Positions 26,998 through 37,014 of a stretch of 64,000 nt of DNA are shown in pieces. The stretch covers positions 1,312,001 to 1,376,000 of the forward strand of contig OZ242376.1 of NCBI GenBank assembly GCA_965209085.1, written 5' to 3'. The notes beneath the pieces were generated by a model. That model had not been told where the DNA came from. It worked only from the letters and a program-made list of their open reading frames with translations, and did not search any database. This DNA is from Nitrosopumilaceae archaeon (lineage in GTDB: Archaea; Thermoproteota; Nitrososphaeria; Nitrososphaerales; Nitrosopumilaceae). Both the position numbers and the translations under genes were made by a program. The stretch's first letter is position 1. Every line of letters begins with the position of its first letter.

Positions 26998-27866
26998 GCC
27001 ATCTCACCAATACTATCAAACTGCATCATGGCATTAGGTATTTGTCCGCATACATCAGTTGCCAGTACATGCAGTCCAAACTTTTTTTGCGCCGCAGCTC
27101 CGGCAAGTCCGTTTACAAATACAGCCGCGGATGCTGCCTGCAATGCGTTTCGGTTTTTGGCAAGCATGCCGGCGGCAAGTCCGGAGAGAACATCTCCTGT
27201 TCCCCCCACAGTCATTGACGGGGTTTTTGTGGGATTTTTGTATGTTTTTTCACCATCTGAGATAATGTCCGTATGACCCTTTAAAATTATCACAACTTTG
27301 TGCTCAGCTGCAGTCTTTGCAACCTCGCGCTCTTTGGATTCCTCATCGTCTGGAATGTTGCGTCCAAAAAGTCTCCGGTATTCTCCGGCGTGTGGAGAGA
27401 GTATGCAATTTTTGTCGGATATTTCCGGAAGTATTTCTGGAATCAGCGCGGATGCGTCAAGCAGCAGCCGGACATCAGAGTTTACCAAAGTCTTTACCAT
27501 CAGTGCCAGTGAATTGCGCTCCTGTACTGCAAGTCCCATTCCAATTGCTGCTGAATCAAGTCCTTTTGGAATCTGTCCGAGAAGTTTTCGTACAGCACCG
27601 CGGGTCAATTTTTGATCGGCGAGTGGAATTACGATAAGGTTCGGCGATGCTGCGCGTGTGGCCTGTGAATTTATTTTTGGAACCGCAGTGTATACAAGAT
27701 CAGTTCCGCATCGGAGTGCTGCAATAGAAGTTAGGATCGGCGCCCCGTGGTATACATAGCTGCCTCCAAGTATGAGTATTTTTCCATTATCCCCTTTGTG
27801 TGAATTATAAGCTCGTGGAGGTATGAATTTTTTCACAATGTGTGAGGTCAGTTTTGTAGCAGCCAA
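26994..27866 (-). CDS. nnrD: ADP-dependent NAD(P)H-hydrate dehydratase
   Basis: HKGDNG...GGS, PHAGE and GGTGDVLSG motifs; start taken at TTG27866 because the longer ORF overlaps trmI. Confidence 0.9.
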   Translation of the reverse strand: MAATKLTSHIVKKFIPPRAYNSHKGDNGKILILGGSYVYHGAPILTSIAALRCGTDLVYTAVPKINSQATRAASPNLIVIPLADQKLTRGAVRKLLGQIPKGLDSAAIGMGLAVQERNSLALMVKTLVNSDVRLLLDASALIPEILPEISDKNCILSPHAGEYRRLFGRNIPDDEESKEREVAKTAAEHKVVIILKGHTDIISDGEKTYKNPTKTPSMTVGGTGDVLSGLAAGMLAKNRNALQAASAAVFVNGLAGAAAQKKFGLHVLATDVCGQIPNAMMQFDSIGEMA

Positions 27867-27897
27867 CACAGTATGCTGCAGGCTTGGCGCATAAATC

Positions 27898-28728
27898 TTA
27901 TTTGTTTTTCTCAGCAGGCGGTTTTTTCTTTGCAGAAGAGCGCCTGATTGAGCCAAAGTGCGCCTTTCTTGCCATGCACAGGTACGCGGTATGTCCGATT
28001 CCCTGAAAAGAATGGCGTGTCTTTCCCTCACGGGCCTCGATTGTACGAAGTATGTGTTCGGTGCATTCAATGTCGGCAAATTCATTCTGTGTGAGTACAG
28101 CTGCCAGTTTTTCAAGCTGGTTCATCGTGGGACAGATTGCGACAAACGCGCCGCTGTCTTTGAGCATTTTACGCACCTGCGGTACCACAGTCCATGGATC
28201 GCCAAGATCCACTATTGCAACGTCTGCCGGAGGTACTGATGTATCGCGGGATTTTTTCAGATCATGGTTTTTCATGATTACGTATTTTGATGCGCCGGCG
28301 CGTTTTAGATTTTTTGCCGCAATTGCCATGAATTTTTCATCCACATCAAACGTGTACACTTTGCCGCGCGGTTTTACAATTCCGGCTGCAAATCCTGTAA
28401 GGGATCCGCTCCCGGTCCCTATCTCTAGCACTGTTTGGCCGCTGGTCAGTCCGGTTCTTGCCGCAATATATCCAAGATCTTTTGGATACACAATCTGCGT
28501 CCCATGCTGCATTTTCATGATATAATCATATGCTGTGGGTTTGAACAGATAGACGTATTTTTCCTTGTTTGTTACAAGCCTGCTGCCGTATTCTTTGCCG
28601 ATTGCCTGATCGTGAGGTATGATTCCTATGTGTGTGTGTAAACTAGCGGATTTTTGCAGTTTTATCAGCCATTTTTTTCCAGAGTTGTAATAAACAAGTA
28701 CATCAGATCCCCGTTTTATCTTATCCAC
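27898..28728 (-). CDS. trmI: tRNA (adenine-N1)-methyltransferase
   Basis: TQIVYPKD, EIGTGSGSLT, DLGDPW and GHTAYL motifs; ORF open from 28746. Confidence 0.92.
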   Translation of the reverse strand: MDKIKRGSDVLVYYNSGKKWLIKLQKSASLHTHIGIIPHDQAIGKEYGSRLVTNKEKYVYLFKPTAYDYIMKMQHGTQIVYPKDLGYIAARTGLTSGQTVLEIGTGSGSLTGFAAGIVKPRGKVYTFDVDEKFMAIAAKNLKRAGASKYVIMKNHDLKKSRDTSVPPADVAIVDLGDPWTVVPQVRKMLKDSGAFVAICPTMNQLEKLAAVLTQNEFADIECTEHILRTIEAREGKTRHSFQGIGHTAYLCMARKAHFGSIRRSSAKKKPPAEKNK

Positions 28729-28763
28729 GCCAACTATGATGTTCAAGGGGGTAATAATCCATG

Positions 28764-30635
28764 CTACATGCGTTTTGGCGCGGCAATTCCCAAAAGTGAA
28801 AGCGCTCCTTCAAGTATGCAAGCAGATGATAATACAAGGGATACGCGCGAATTAATCTTGGATGCATCTTTTGAATCAAGTACCCGAACATTTTCGTAAA
28901 AGGCGTTAAAGGCAACTGCCAACCCATGGCAGTAACGGGCAACAGTCTTTGGGGAGAGATTTTCAGAGGCGTCGCGAACCGAGGTTGCAAACATGCCGAT
29001 TTGCTTTAACAATTTTTTTTCATGCACGCCCCACTTTACCGTATGCTCAGCTGATGCATCAGGCATGCGGCCAAACTTTTCCAGTATGCGCGAGGCGCGT
29101 GCATGCGTATACTGTATGTACGAGGCAGTATCACCCTCTAGACTCAGCGACTTTGATTCATCAAATGTTATGATTTTATTCAAATCCTGCCGTATCATTT
29201 CATACCGTATGGTTGCAACTGTGATTTTTTTAGATATTGTATCAATTTCTTTTTTATCCATTTCCGGATTGCGTTTTGCAGTTTCTTGCATCGTACGCTT
29301 TTGCAGCGATTCTAGCACAGTGTCAGCGTTTACGTATACGCCTTTTCTGCCGGACATTTGTGCACCCCCGCTTTGAGTTTTTGCGCCAAGTGATTCTGCA
29401 GTCTGTTTGCTGAGCATGACGGATTCATATCCAAGATGCACGTATGCGCCCTCATCGGATTTGAACTGTCCCATCAGTTCTGCGATGATTTTTTGCAGCC
29501 TAGCCTGCCGCGAATCTATCACGGTAATGACTTTTTCTGATCTAAAGTTTTCAGGCGCTTTTTGTCCGCTCAGAGTTGTCAGCCACATTGTTTTATCCCC
29601 CGGCTGTCCGGAATGTTTTGAATATTCAAAGGGGTCCATTACAAGTCCGAGCTTCCAGGCAGCGTATGGAATGTCTTTTGCCATGTACGTGGCAGTTCCA
29701 TTTTTTCGCACCAAAACCTTGTCAGTTTCCTTTCCATCGCCCCGCACTATCCAACATCCCGCATTGTCTCCTGAGTTTTCAAACTCTACAAGTTTCATAT
29801 TTTTTAATTTTTCAAATGCCTCATCCCACATTCCGGAACGTATTATGTGGGATTCAAAATTAATACAGTCGTATCTTGCCTGCAGTGCCCAGCATGTTTG
29901 CAGCTGCGCTTCTAAAACGCGCCGCGTTATCTTATCTGCCATTTTTGCCTCCACGGTGTCCGGATCTTCCATCATTTTGAGAATTTGTGCGCATTTTTGG
30001 GTGATTTCAGGATTTTTTTTAATCTCCTGGTTTACCCGCACATACACATCATCGCCGCAATAGTGATCGAATTTTTTATTCTCCGGCGGATCAGGGCTTA
30101 TTCCCATGTGCATAAATCCGTAAAGCAGCTCTGCAATTTGCAATCCAGAGTCATCCACATAGTTTAGCACATGTACACAGTATCCGGATTTTTCCAGTAT
30201 GCGCGATATGGTATCTCCCACCACGATGTTTCTTACGTGTCCTATATGCAGTGCCTTGTTCGGATTTACGCTTGTATGCTCTACGGTTATTTTCCCATCC
30301 TTGTCACCTGATCCGTATTCAGGTTTTATTGAATTTTGCAGTATGAGTGTGCCAAGTTTTTCCCAATCAGCTTCAAAATTAAGATAGCCGGACGGATGCG
30401 CCTTGGCGCACATTGCAAGACCTGTAAATTCAGAATACGATTCGGCAAGATCTTTGGCAATTTCATGCGGATTTTTTTTAAGACGCCCCGCAAGAAGAAA
30501 AGGCGCGTTGCATGAGGCATCGCCGAATCCGGGTTTTGCCAGAGAGACTTGAAAATTTACATCACCGACGCCAATTTTGTTGAGAATTATTTTTACGTTT
30601 GATGCAATCTCTTCTAGCAGCAGCTCGTAACTCAT
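28764..30635 (-). CDS. argS: Arginine--tRNA ligase
   Basis: EHTSVNPNKALHIGH and MSGRKG motifs; C-terminal PKRM. Confidence 0.97.
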   Translation of the reverse strand: MSYELLLEEIASNVKIILNKIGVGDVNFQVSLAKPGFGDASCNAPFLLAGRLKKNPHEIAKDLAESYSEFTGLAMCAKAHPSGYLNFEADWEKLGTLILQNSIKPEYGSGDKDGKITVEHTSVNPNKALHIGHVRNIVVGDTISRILEKSGYCVHVLNYVDDSGLQIAELLYGFMHMGISPDPPENKKFDHYCGDDVYVRVNQEIKKNPEITQKCAQILKMMEDPDTVEAKMADKITRRVLEAQLQTCWALQARYDCINFESHIIRSGMWDEAFEKLKNMKLVEFENSGDNAGCWIVRGDGKETDKVLVRKNGTATYMAKDIPYAAWKLGLVMDPFEYSKHSGQPGDKTMWLTTLSGQKAPENFRSEKVITVIDSRQARLQKIIAELMGQFKSDEGAYVHLGYESVMLSKQTAESLGAKTQSGGAQMSGRKGVYVNADTVLESLQKRTMQETAKRNPEMDKKEIDTISKKITVATIRYEMIRQDLNKIITFDESKSLSLEGDTASYIQYTHARASRILEKFGRMPDASAEHTVKWGVHEKKLLKQIGMFATSVRDASENLSPKTVARYCHGLAVAFNAFYENVRVLDSKDASKINSRVSLVLSSACILEGALSLLGIAAPKRM

Positions 30636-31330
30636 TTCATATCCCCCGCCATTTGCGGTCCGAGTATGTCCATGGCATCAAGCAGTCCATCGCCTGCCTT
30701 TGAGTCCACCGTCAGGGTGGCTTTTTCCCTAACGTACTCTGATGCATTTCCAAGTGCAACACTTGTTTTTGCCACCTCAAACATCGGCACGTCAGTTGCA
30801 CTATCCCCTATGGCAATCAGATCTTTTGGTTCTACTGCAAGCATACGCATGGCTTCGCGCAGACCCGATCCTTTGTCAACTCCGTGTGAGTTTATGTGAA
30901 AAGCGTATTGGCTGTCAGTCAGTGAAACTTGGTATCCGGCATCCTTTAACAGTTTTGCCGCAGGTGCGATCTCAAAAGTGCGCTCTAGTACTATTTCCGT
31001 CATTCTAGGGTAGACTGGTTTTTCTACGACATTGTCCGTTTTGTTTTTCAGATATTTGAGGGCGTCCTCACAGTCGGATTTTTTCCCCAAGAGTTTGTGA
31101 TCATAGTTTCCCGAGGTTATGCATCCTCCGTTTTCCCCTATGCAGAATTTTGTCGTTCCTGCAAATACTCCAAGGATGTACCCCTCTATGGACGATCTTC
31201 CGGTTACAAATATCACATTGTGTCCAGCATCAGCTGCGACCCTAAGCGAAGAGAGTGCATCAAGGTGTATTCTTCCGGCCCCGTTTTCCGTTATTGTGCC
31301 ATCAATGTCCACTGCAAATGTCAGTTTCAT
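30632..31330 (-). CDS. Phosphoglycolate phosphatase (HAD, Cof/SPP-like)
   Basis: DIDGTIT, TGR, ENGG and GDSATD motifs. Confidence 0.88.
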   Translation of the reverse strand: MKLTFAVDIDGTITENGAGRIHLDALSSLRVAADAGHNVIFVTGRSSIEGYILGVFAGTTKFCIGENGGCITSGNYDHKLLGKKSDCEDALKYLKNKTDNVVEKPVYPRMTEIVLERTFEIAPAAKLLKDAGYQVSLTDSQYAFHINSHGVDKGSGLREAMRMLAVEPKDLIAIGDSATDVPMFEVAKTSVALGNASEYVREKATLTVDSKAGDGLLDAMDILGPQMAGDMK

Positions 31331-31425
31331 ATGCATGCTATCACACGCCCAAATAATAACAATATCTGCCAATTCAAGTCATGGAATTGTAAACCTTATT
31401 TACAAAATACGCAGCATTGCGTGCA

Positions 31426-32529
31426 ATGGGCATTCCTGAAAAGATAAAAGCGATCCAAGATGAGATGTCAAAAACGCAGATAAACAAAGCTACTGAACAT
31501 CATATTGGCATCTTAAAGGCAAAAATTGCCAAACTGCGCCGGGAACAAGAGGACGAACATACCAAGAAAAAAGGCGCAAAGACTGACGGTTTTGACGTAA
31601 GGCGTGCCGGAGATGCTACAGTGGTCTTAATCGGCATGCCAAGTGTAGGCAAATCCACACTGCTAAACCGCATGACCGATGCAAAATCCACCGTAGGTGC
31701 ATTCCAGTTTACCACTCTGACAGTAGTTCCGGGCATGATGGAATACAAGGGGGCTCAGATACAGATATTGGATTTGCCCGGAATAATAAAAGGCGCCTCC
31801 AGTGGGAGAGGACTTGGAAAAAGAATTCTCTCGGTTGCACGAAGTGCGGATTTGGTTCTTTTGATATTGGATGTATTTCAGCCGTACCATGAAGAAATTC
31901 TTACTGTAGAGCTTGCAAATATTGGAATAAGATTAAATCAAAATCCTCCAAACGTGGTTATTGAAAAAACACGTACCGGCGGTATTGCAATTGCACAGCA
32001 AAAAAAACTTACAAAAATCAGTGAAAAATTTCTAAAAGACATTCTGAATCTTTACGGTATGACTAGTGCCCGCGTTGTAATACGCGAGGATGTAACGTCC
32101 GAGCAGATAGTGGATCACATATCCGGAAACAAAACATATGCAAAAGCAATTACAATATTAAACAAGATAGATCTTGTAGATGATGCGTTTCTAAAGGATC
32201 TAGCTCCGCAGCTCACAAAAGGTTTTGTAAGCATCTCGGCAAGCTCAGATAGCAACATAGATCAGCTTCGCGAGCGCATATACAGCGAATTGAAGTTTAT
32301 TCGCATATACATGCGTCCAAAGGGCGGCAAAACCGACTATGAGGAGCCTCTCATAATGAGGGAAGAGTCCACGATAGGAAATGTCTGCGACAAACTTCAC
32401 CGCAGAATGAGAAGGGCGTTCAGATACGGAATGGTATGGGGAAATAGTGTAAAGTTTGGCGGACAGCGCGTTGGAATAAGTCACACGTTGCAAGACGGCG
32501 ACGTTTTGACAATAGTCAAAATAAAATAG
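31426..32529 (+). CDS. DRG/OBG family GTP-binding protein with TGS domain
   Basis: GMPSVGKS, FTT, DLPGII and NKID motifs; C-terminal TGS domain. Confidence 0.94.
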   Translation: MGIPEKIKAIQDEMSKTQINKATEHHIGILKAKIAKLRREQEDEHTKKKGAKTDGFDVRRAGDATVVLIGMPSVGKSTLLNRMTDAKSTVGAFQFTTLTVVPGMMEYKGAQIQILDLPGIIKGASSGRGLGKRILSVARSADLVLLILDVFQPYHEEILTVELANIGIRLNQNPPNVVIEKTRTGGIAIAQQKKLTKISEKFLKDILNLYGMTSARVVIREDVTSEQIVDHISGNKTYAKAITILNKIDLVDDAFLKDLAPQLTKGFVSISASSDSNIDQLRERIYSELKFIRIYMRPKGGKTDYEEPLIMREESTIGNVCDKLHRRMRRAFRYGMVWGNSVKFGGQRVGISHTLQDGDVLTIVKIK

Positions 32530-32669
32530 TAAAACATTTGCAGTCATTTGTGCGATCAAACTGCTAGTATGTCAGAATTATATGTACAATTTGCGTTATA
32601 ATTTACGATCATTTTGTGTATTTTTTTTTATGTTACCTATACAAAAATATGGATTAGTGTTTGTTGTTA

Positions 32670-33128
32670 ATGGCTACCAAAAGAAAAGCAGCAAAGTCTA
32701 CGGCAAAACGTCGTAAAACAACAAAGAAAACAACGGGAACAAAACGTAAGACTACAACCAAGCGTAAACGTCGCACAGTAAAAACAGCGGGCAAAAAAAC
32801 AACGGGAACAAATCGTAAGACTACAACCAAGCGTAAAAAACGTCGCACAGCAAAAACAGCGGGCAAAAAAGCAACGGGAACAAAACGTAAGGCTCGTCGC
32901 ACCGCAAAGAAAACTACGACTAAACGTAAACGTCGCACAACAAAAACAGCGGGCAAAAAAGCAACGGGAACAAAACGTAAGACTACAACCAAGCGTAAAA
33001 AACGTCGCACAACAATAACAGCGGACAAAAAAGCAACGGGAACAAAACGTAAGGCTCGTCGCACCGCAAAGAAAACTACGACTAAACGTACTACACGCCG
33101 TAAATCTGCTAAGAAAACCAAGCGCTAG
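32670..33128 (+). CDS. Histone H1/Hc2-like Lys/Arg/Thr-rich repetitive basic protein
   Basis: Almost entirely K/R/T/A/G; repeated KTAGKKxTGTKRK units; 162-bp higher-order repeat (32891 vs 33053). Confidence 0.8.
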   Translation: MATKRKAAKSTAKRRKTTKKTTGTKRKTTTKRKRRTVKTAGKKTTGTNRKTTTKRKKRRTAKTAGKKATGTKRKARRTAKKTTTKRKRRTTKTAGKKATGTKRKTTTKRKKRRTTITADKKATGTKRKARRTAKKTTTKRTTRRKSAKKTKR

Positions 33129-33141
33129 TCGCTTGAATAAT

Positions 33142-33180
33142 TCAATCATCAACTACGGTTGGTGATTGAGAACCTTTTTT
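33142..33180 (+). terminator. 12-bp stem with cUACGg tetraloop followed by U-tract
   Basis: TCAATCATCAAC-TACG-GTTGGTGATTGA then GAACCTTTTTT, just after the stop at 33128. Confidence 0.65.
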
Positions 33181-33278
33181 AAAAAATATTTTAAACTTCC
33201 TTAAAATTGCCTGTTGATGCAAATTTACATGCGGGTAAATTTTAGTTTTAACAAAAATTGCACAAATTTGAAAATATG

Positions 33279-33572
33279 TCAGCTAAACATCTGGCCCGGA
33301 GGCGATTTTGTCGTGGTTTTTGCATGAGTCTTATCCACCGTGAATGTTTTGTTTGGAGGAATAACAGATGTCATAACCGACGTGTTTATCGCATAATGGG
33401 GCGTTCCGTCAGGATTTGTATTTTTTATCGCCTTGCCCACACGGCCAAGATCCACTTTGACTTTAACGATTGCCCCATCCTCTAGCTCAAATGTTACAAC
33501 CTCGTCTCCAAGGCGTTTATAGTCAAGCATTTTAAACTCTACTTTATCTGCAGACATTACAGATAATTTCAT
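33279..33572 (-). CDS. Hypothetical protein
   Basis: 97-aa ORF downstream of the collagen-like gene, same strand. Confidence 0.72.
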   Translation of the reverse strand: MKLSVMSADKVEFKMLDYKRLGDEVVTFELEDGAIVKVKVDLGRVGKAIKNTNPDGTPHYAINTSVMTSVIPPNKTFTVDKTHAKTTTKSPPGQMFS

Positions 33573-33600
33573 AATACGTTATTTTAGTATGTGGGTATTC

Positions 33601-35001
33601 CTAGTACAGATGGCTCATAAGACGTATCTGTTCCTCTGTAGATATGACGTTTTTGGCAGTAAGCGCTTCAAGCAGTTCCTTAAGCAGTGCTTTTTGCTCT
33701 TCAGGCATTACATTGCTAGTACCCTTGTCGCCCGGAGGTCCTGGCGGACCGCGCGGTCCTGCCTGTCCGATGGGACCGGATTTGCCCAAAGGACCACGTT
33801 CTCCTGCTACACCTACATGTCCAACAGTACCTCTTTCACCCTGAGGACCCTGTATTCCCTGCGGACCGGACGGACCGGGTTCGCCGGACGGACCACGATT
33901 ACCTAACGGTCCTTGCAGTCCCTGCGGCCCTTTGTCTCCCTGCATTCCAGGAATTCCAGTCAAACCTTTTTCTCCGGATTCACCTTGTTTACCTTGCGGT
34001 CCTTTGCCACCTGCAACTCCCTGCTGTCCCTGCGGACCTTGTTCACCTTGAGGGCCTGGCGGACCAACCGGACCTTTGTCGCCAATCATTCCTTGCGGAC
34101 CTAGCTCTCCGGATTTTCCAACAGGACCCTGTATTCCTTTGTCGCCGGACGTACCGGACGGACCGGTTTCACCTTTTGAACCAACAGGTCCGCGCAAACC
34201 GGTCAATCCTTTTTCTCCAGCAGAACCTATCGGACCTTTGTCACCGAACGGACCTTCAGAACCGCGCGGGCCGAACGGACCTTTGTCACCAATAGAACCG
34301 ATGGGGCCTTTGTCACCTTTTGGTCCCTGCAATCCTGGAGAACCTTTGTCTCCGCGATCTCCTTTGTCACCGGTCAGACCTTTTGATCCAAAAGAGCCTT
34401 TGTCACCGGGAGGTCCTGCAACACCTACAGATCCTCTTGGACCTGCGGTGCCGGATATGCCTCGCTCTCCAACAGAACCTGTCTGACCCGTAAGTCCCTT
34501 GTCACCAACTGACCCTTTGTCTCCGGTATGACCTTGCGGACCACGATCTCCTGGAGGACCTGACGGACCGGGCAATCCTTTATCGCCTGCCACACCTCGT
34601 ACGCCACGCTCTCCGGCAGGTTTACTCGTTTCTGCATCAGATCTTAAATTATTTTCAGGTACAGATTTTTTTATGGTTGCAGGCTTTGTGCCGGATATTT
34701 TATTTTCAATATCAACTTGCAGTAGGGTATGAATGTCAGATAGCTGATCTTGTACCAATACGTACACACGATCATTTTCAAATACGGATTCTGGGAGCGG
34801 ATCATCATCATCTCCGAGAACCTCAGAAAACGCGCCGTTAGTGACGTACAGATGCAGGGGTTTTCTCCACAGGGGTGTATATGTGCCTTTTGAGATTGTA
34901 TCTGGGGCGGGTTTTTTATCCAAAATTGATACAAATACCTCGTATGTGCCGGTCCGCTCAAACGGTGATTTCCCAGAAATATTCAAGGTTGTATCAGACA
35001 T
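33601..35001 (-). CDS. Collagen-like protein (~100 uninterrupted Gly-X-Y triplets)
   Basis: Gly every third residue from aa 130 to 427; globular N-domain and short helical C-domain. Confidence 0.93.
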   Translation of the reverse strand: MSDTTLNISGKSPFERTGTYEVFVSILDKKPAPDTISKGTYTPLWRKPLHLYVTNGAFSEVLGDDDDPLPESVFENDRVYVLVQDQLSDIHTLLQVDIENKISGTKPATIKKSVPENNLRSDAETSKPAGERGVRGVAGDKGLPGPSGPPGDRGPQGHTGDKGSVGDKGLTGQTGSVGERGISGTAGPRGSVGVAGPPGDKGSFGSKGLTGDKGDRGDKGSPGLQGPKGDKGPIGSIGDKGPFGPRGSEGPFGDKGPIGSAGEKGLTGLRGPVGSKGETGPSGTSGDKGIQGPVGKSGELGPQGMIGDKGPVGPPGPQGEQGPQGQQGVAGGKGPQGKQGESGEKGLTGIPGMQGDKGPQGLQGPLGNRGPSGEPGPSGPQGIQGPQGERGTVGHVGVAGERGPLGKSGPIGQAGPRGPPGPPGDKGTSNVMPEEQKALLKELLEALTAKNVISTEEQIRLMSHLY

Positions 35002-35106
35002 GCATTGTGTTGAAATAGCACGTATTTTACATTTTTTGACATTTCACGCATGAATTGGTATAAAAAGACGTCAAAAGTTATAACTGCAAATAATCAACGG
35101 CTATTT

Positions 35107-36222
35107 ATGAAGTTACGTAAGAAAAAAATTATCAGGGACGAGGATCTTCCGGCGACAAGTGAGCCGGGCAAAATTACCCTCACGGACGGCGATTATCAGC
35201 TGAAAAAATTATTCAAAAAAGGTATTAATTTCATGGCAGATGAAAAACTCGAAGAAGCCTGCGAGATATTTGAGCAGGCGTTGAGAATCGATCATGACAA
35301 CATTGATGTAATGTTAAAGCTTGGATATGCAAGGTTTCATCTTGACAATTACGCAGAAGCCTTACTCATCTATGATCGCATACTTGATTTGGATGTGACA
35401 AATGCAGAAGCTTGGAATCTTAAATCCCTAATACATTACGAGCAAAAAAACTATGCAAAGGCGCTTGACTGCACGGAAAAATCAATCGATTCGGATCCCA
35501 CGTTTGACATGGCATGGTACAACAAGGCATGCTATCTGTCAATTTTAAATCAAATTTCCCAGTCAATTGACTCGCTAAAAAGATCCATTGAGATAGATGT
35601 GAAAAATGCAAGAAAATCCGTAAAGGATAAGGATTTTGTAAACCTTCGGGCAGAGGACGGATTTAAAAGAATTATCGAGGTGGTCGTAATAGAATCCGTC
35701 CGTCAGGGATACCACACGATAGGTGCCATAGTTTGGACGACATTTCTTTCAAAAATTGACGTACAGGATTCCCTGCGCAAGCTGGTGGAAAAAGGTCTCA
35801 TCATTCAAAATGAAAAACGCGAGGGTTTGCACCGCATACCCGTGTATGATTTGGCCGAAGGTGTCGCCAAAAAAATGATAGTCCGTAAAAAGAATATTTT
35901 CGGCATAAACGTTATAAATATGCCAGAGGATGTTACTGAATTAAAAGAGATAAGTCATTCCGTACAGGAAGCCCGTTCAGCAGTGGAAGATGGAAATGCA
36001 GATTCAGTACTGGAAAGTTTCGAGCCATTTGTGGACAATGGGAAACACGGCACGTATATGATTGAAAAATTTTTCGAGGATCACCGTGAAATAAGGCTCT
36101 GGAAGATCAGAATAAAGGATCACGGTTCAGATTACATCTCTGAGAATCGGAAAAAAATGCTCACAGTGTTTGAAAATATAGATGCATCCATCACAAAACA
36201 GCTGCGCATCGGCACAGCCTAA
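35107..36222 (+). CDS. Tetratricopeptide repeat protein
   Basis: TPR patterns (AEAWNLKS, AWYNKAC); ORF open from 35050. Confidence 0.88.
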   Translation: MKLRKKKIIRDEDLPATSEPGKITLTDGDYQLKKLFKKGINFMADEKLEEACEIFEQALRIDHDNIDVMLKLGYARFHLDNYAEALLIYDRILDLDVTNAEAWNLKSLIHYEQKNYAKALDCTEKSIDSDPTFDMAWYNKACYLSILNQISQSIDSLKRSIEIDVKNARKSVKDKDFVNLRAEDGFKRIIEVVVIESVRQGYHTIGAIVWTTFLSKIDVQDSLRKLVEKGLIIQNEKREGLHRIPVYDLAEGVAKKMIVRKKNIFGINVINMPEDVTELKEISHSVQEARSAVEDGNADSVLESFEPFVDNGKHGTYMIEKFFEDHREIRLWKIRIKDHGSDYISENRKKMLTVFENIDASITKQLRIGTA

Positions 36223-37014
36223 TTATTCTGCGGAAAGATCCCAGTAATTGGCATCAGGCTGTTGTTCTGTGGGTTTTTTGAGCGATTTCCATTCTTTAAA
36301 AGAGCGCACGTACAGTCGGACGTTCTCTATTCCCACAGATTTTAGCGCATAATATGCAAGGCCTGAAAGCGTACCCACGCTGCCGCAGTACGTTATGACC
36401 TTGCTATTTTCCGTAATGCTGCGGTTTTCAAACAGTCTTTTCATCTCTGCGTTTGGGCGTATTATCCCCTCACTTGACGCAAGTGTCCTGTACGGGATGT
36501 TTACAGCTCCGGGTATGTGCTGTTCTAAAAAATTGAGCCTCTCGCGGTTATCAAGCAGTACTGTTCCCAGTTTTCCTTCCGATTCTAAATGATCCGCAGT
36601 TGATACAATTTCCGGTTTTGTGTTTACCGTGTGATCGAGTGCTTTAGGCTGCGGCGTTTTATCATCAGTGTCAAGACCCATCTGCACCCATTTTCCGTAT
36701 GTAACCCCGAGCAGTGAGACATTTTCGTGTCCAAGGTATTCAAGCGCCCATGCAAGTCTTGAGGATAGCGCGCCAAACGTATCATCGTATATTACAACGC
36801 GTGTAAAATCCCCTATTCCTGTCGCACCGACAAGTTTTGCAACGCGTTCTGGACTGTCATCAGAGAGCAGCTCAGAGAGTGGCAGATTTACCGCAGAGGG
36901 TATGTGATTTTTTTTGTATTCCTCTGGACGGCGCACGTCTACAACGGTGACACTTTTGTCCCTAATCTCAGATCTTACATTGTCCGGATCGGAGATTACC
37001 TTGTTTTTGCTCAA
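36223..37014 (-). CDS. Thiosulfate sulfurtransferase (tandem rhodanese)
   Basis: VDVR..EY..HIPSA and YCGSVG motifs; TTG start overlaps the sulfite reductase stop. Confidence 0.9.
   Translation of the reverse strand: MSKNKVISDPDNVRSEIRDKSVTVVDVRRPEEYKKNHIPSAVNLPLSELLSDDSPERVAKLVGATGIGDFTRVVIYDDTFGALSSRLAWALEYLGHENVSLLGVTYGKWVQMGLDTDDKTPQPKALDHTVNTKPEIVSTADHLESEGKLGTVLLDNRERLNFLEQHIPGAVNIPYRTLASSEGIIRPNAEMKRLFENRSITENSKVITYCGSVGTLSGLAYYALKSVGIENVRLYVRSFKEWKSLKKPTEQQPDANYWDLSAE

Noticed and set aside
27867-28115. Long N-terminal extension of nnrD (likewise the extensions of thyX, egtB and yyaL in the ORF track)
   Set aside because: They overlap neighbouring genes and lack family similarity; downstream starts fit better.
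32654-33152. Antisense ORFs and a possible CRISPR-like repeat array
   Set aside because: The repeats are in-frame coding repeats without unique spacers; the antisense ORFs are shadows; no cas genes are present in the window.
33644-34486. Pro-rich plus-strand ORFs
   Set aside because: Antisense shadows of the collagen Gly-X-Y repeat.
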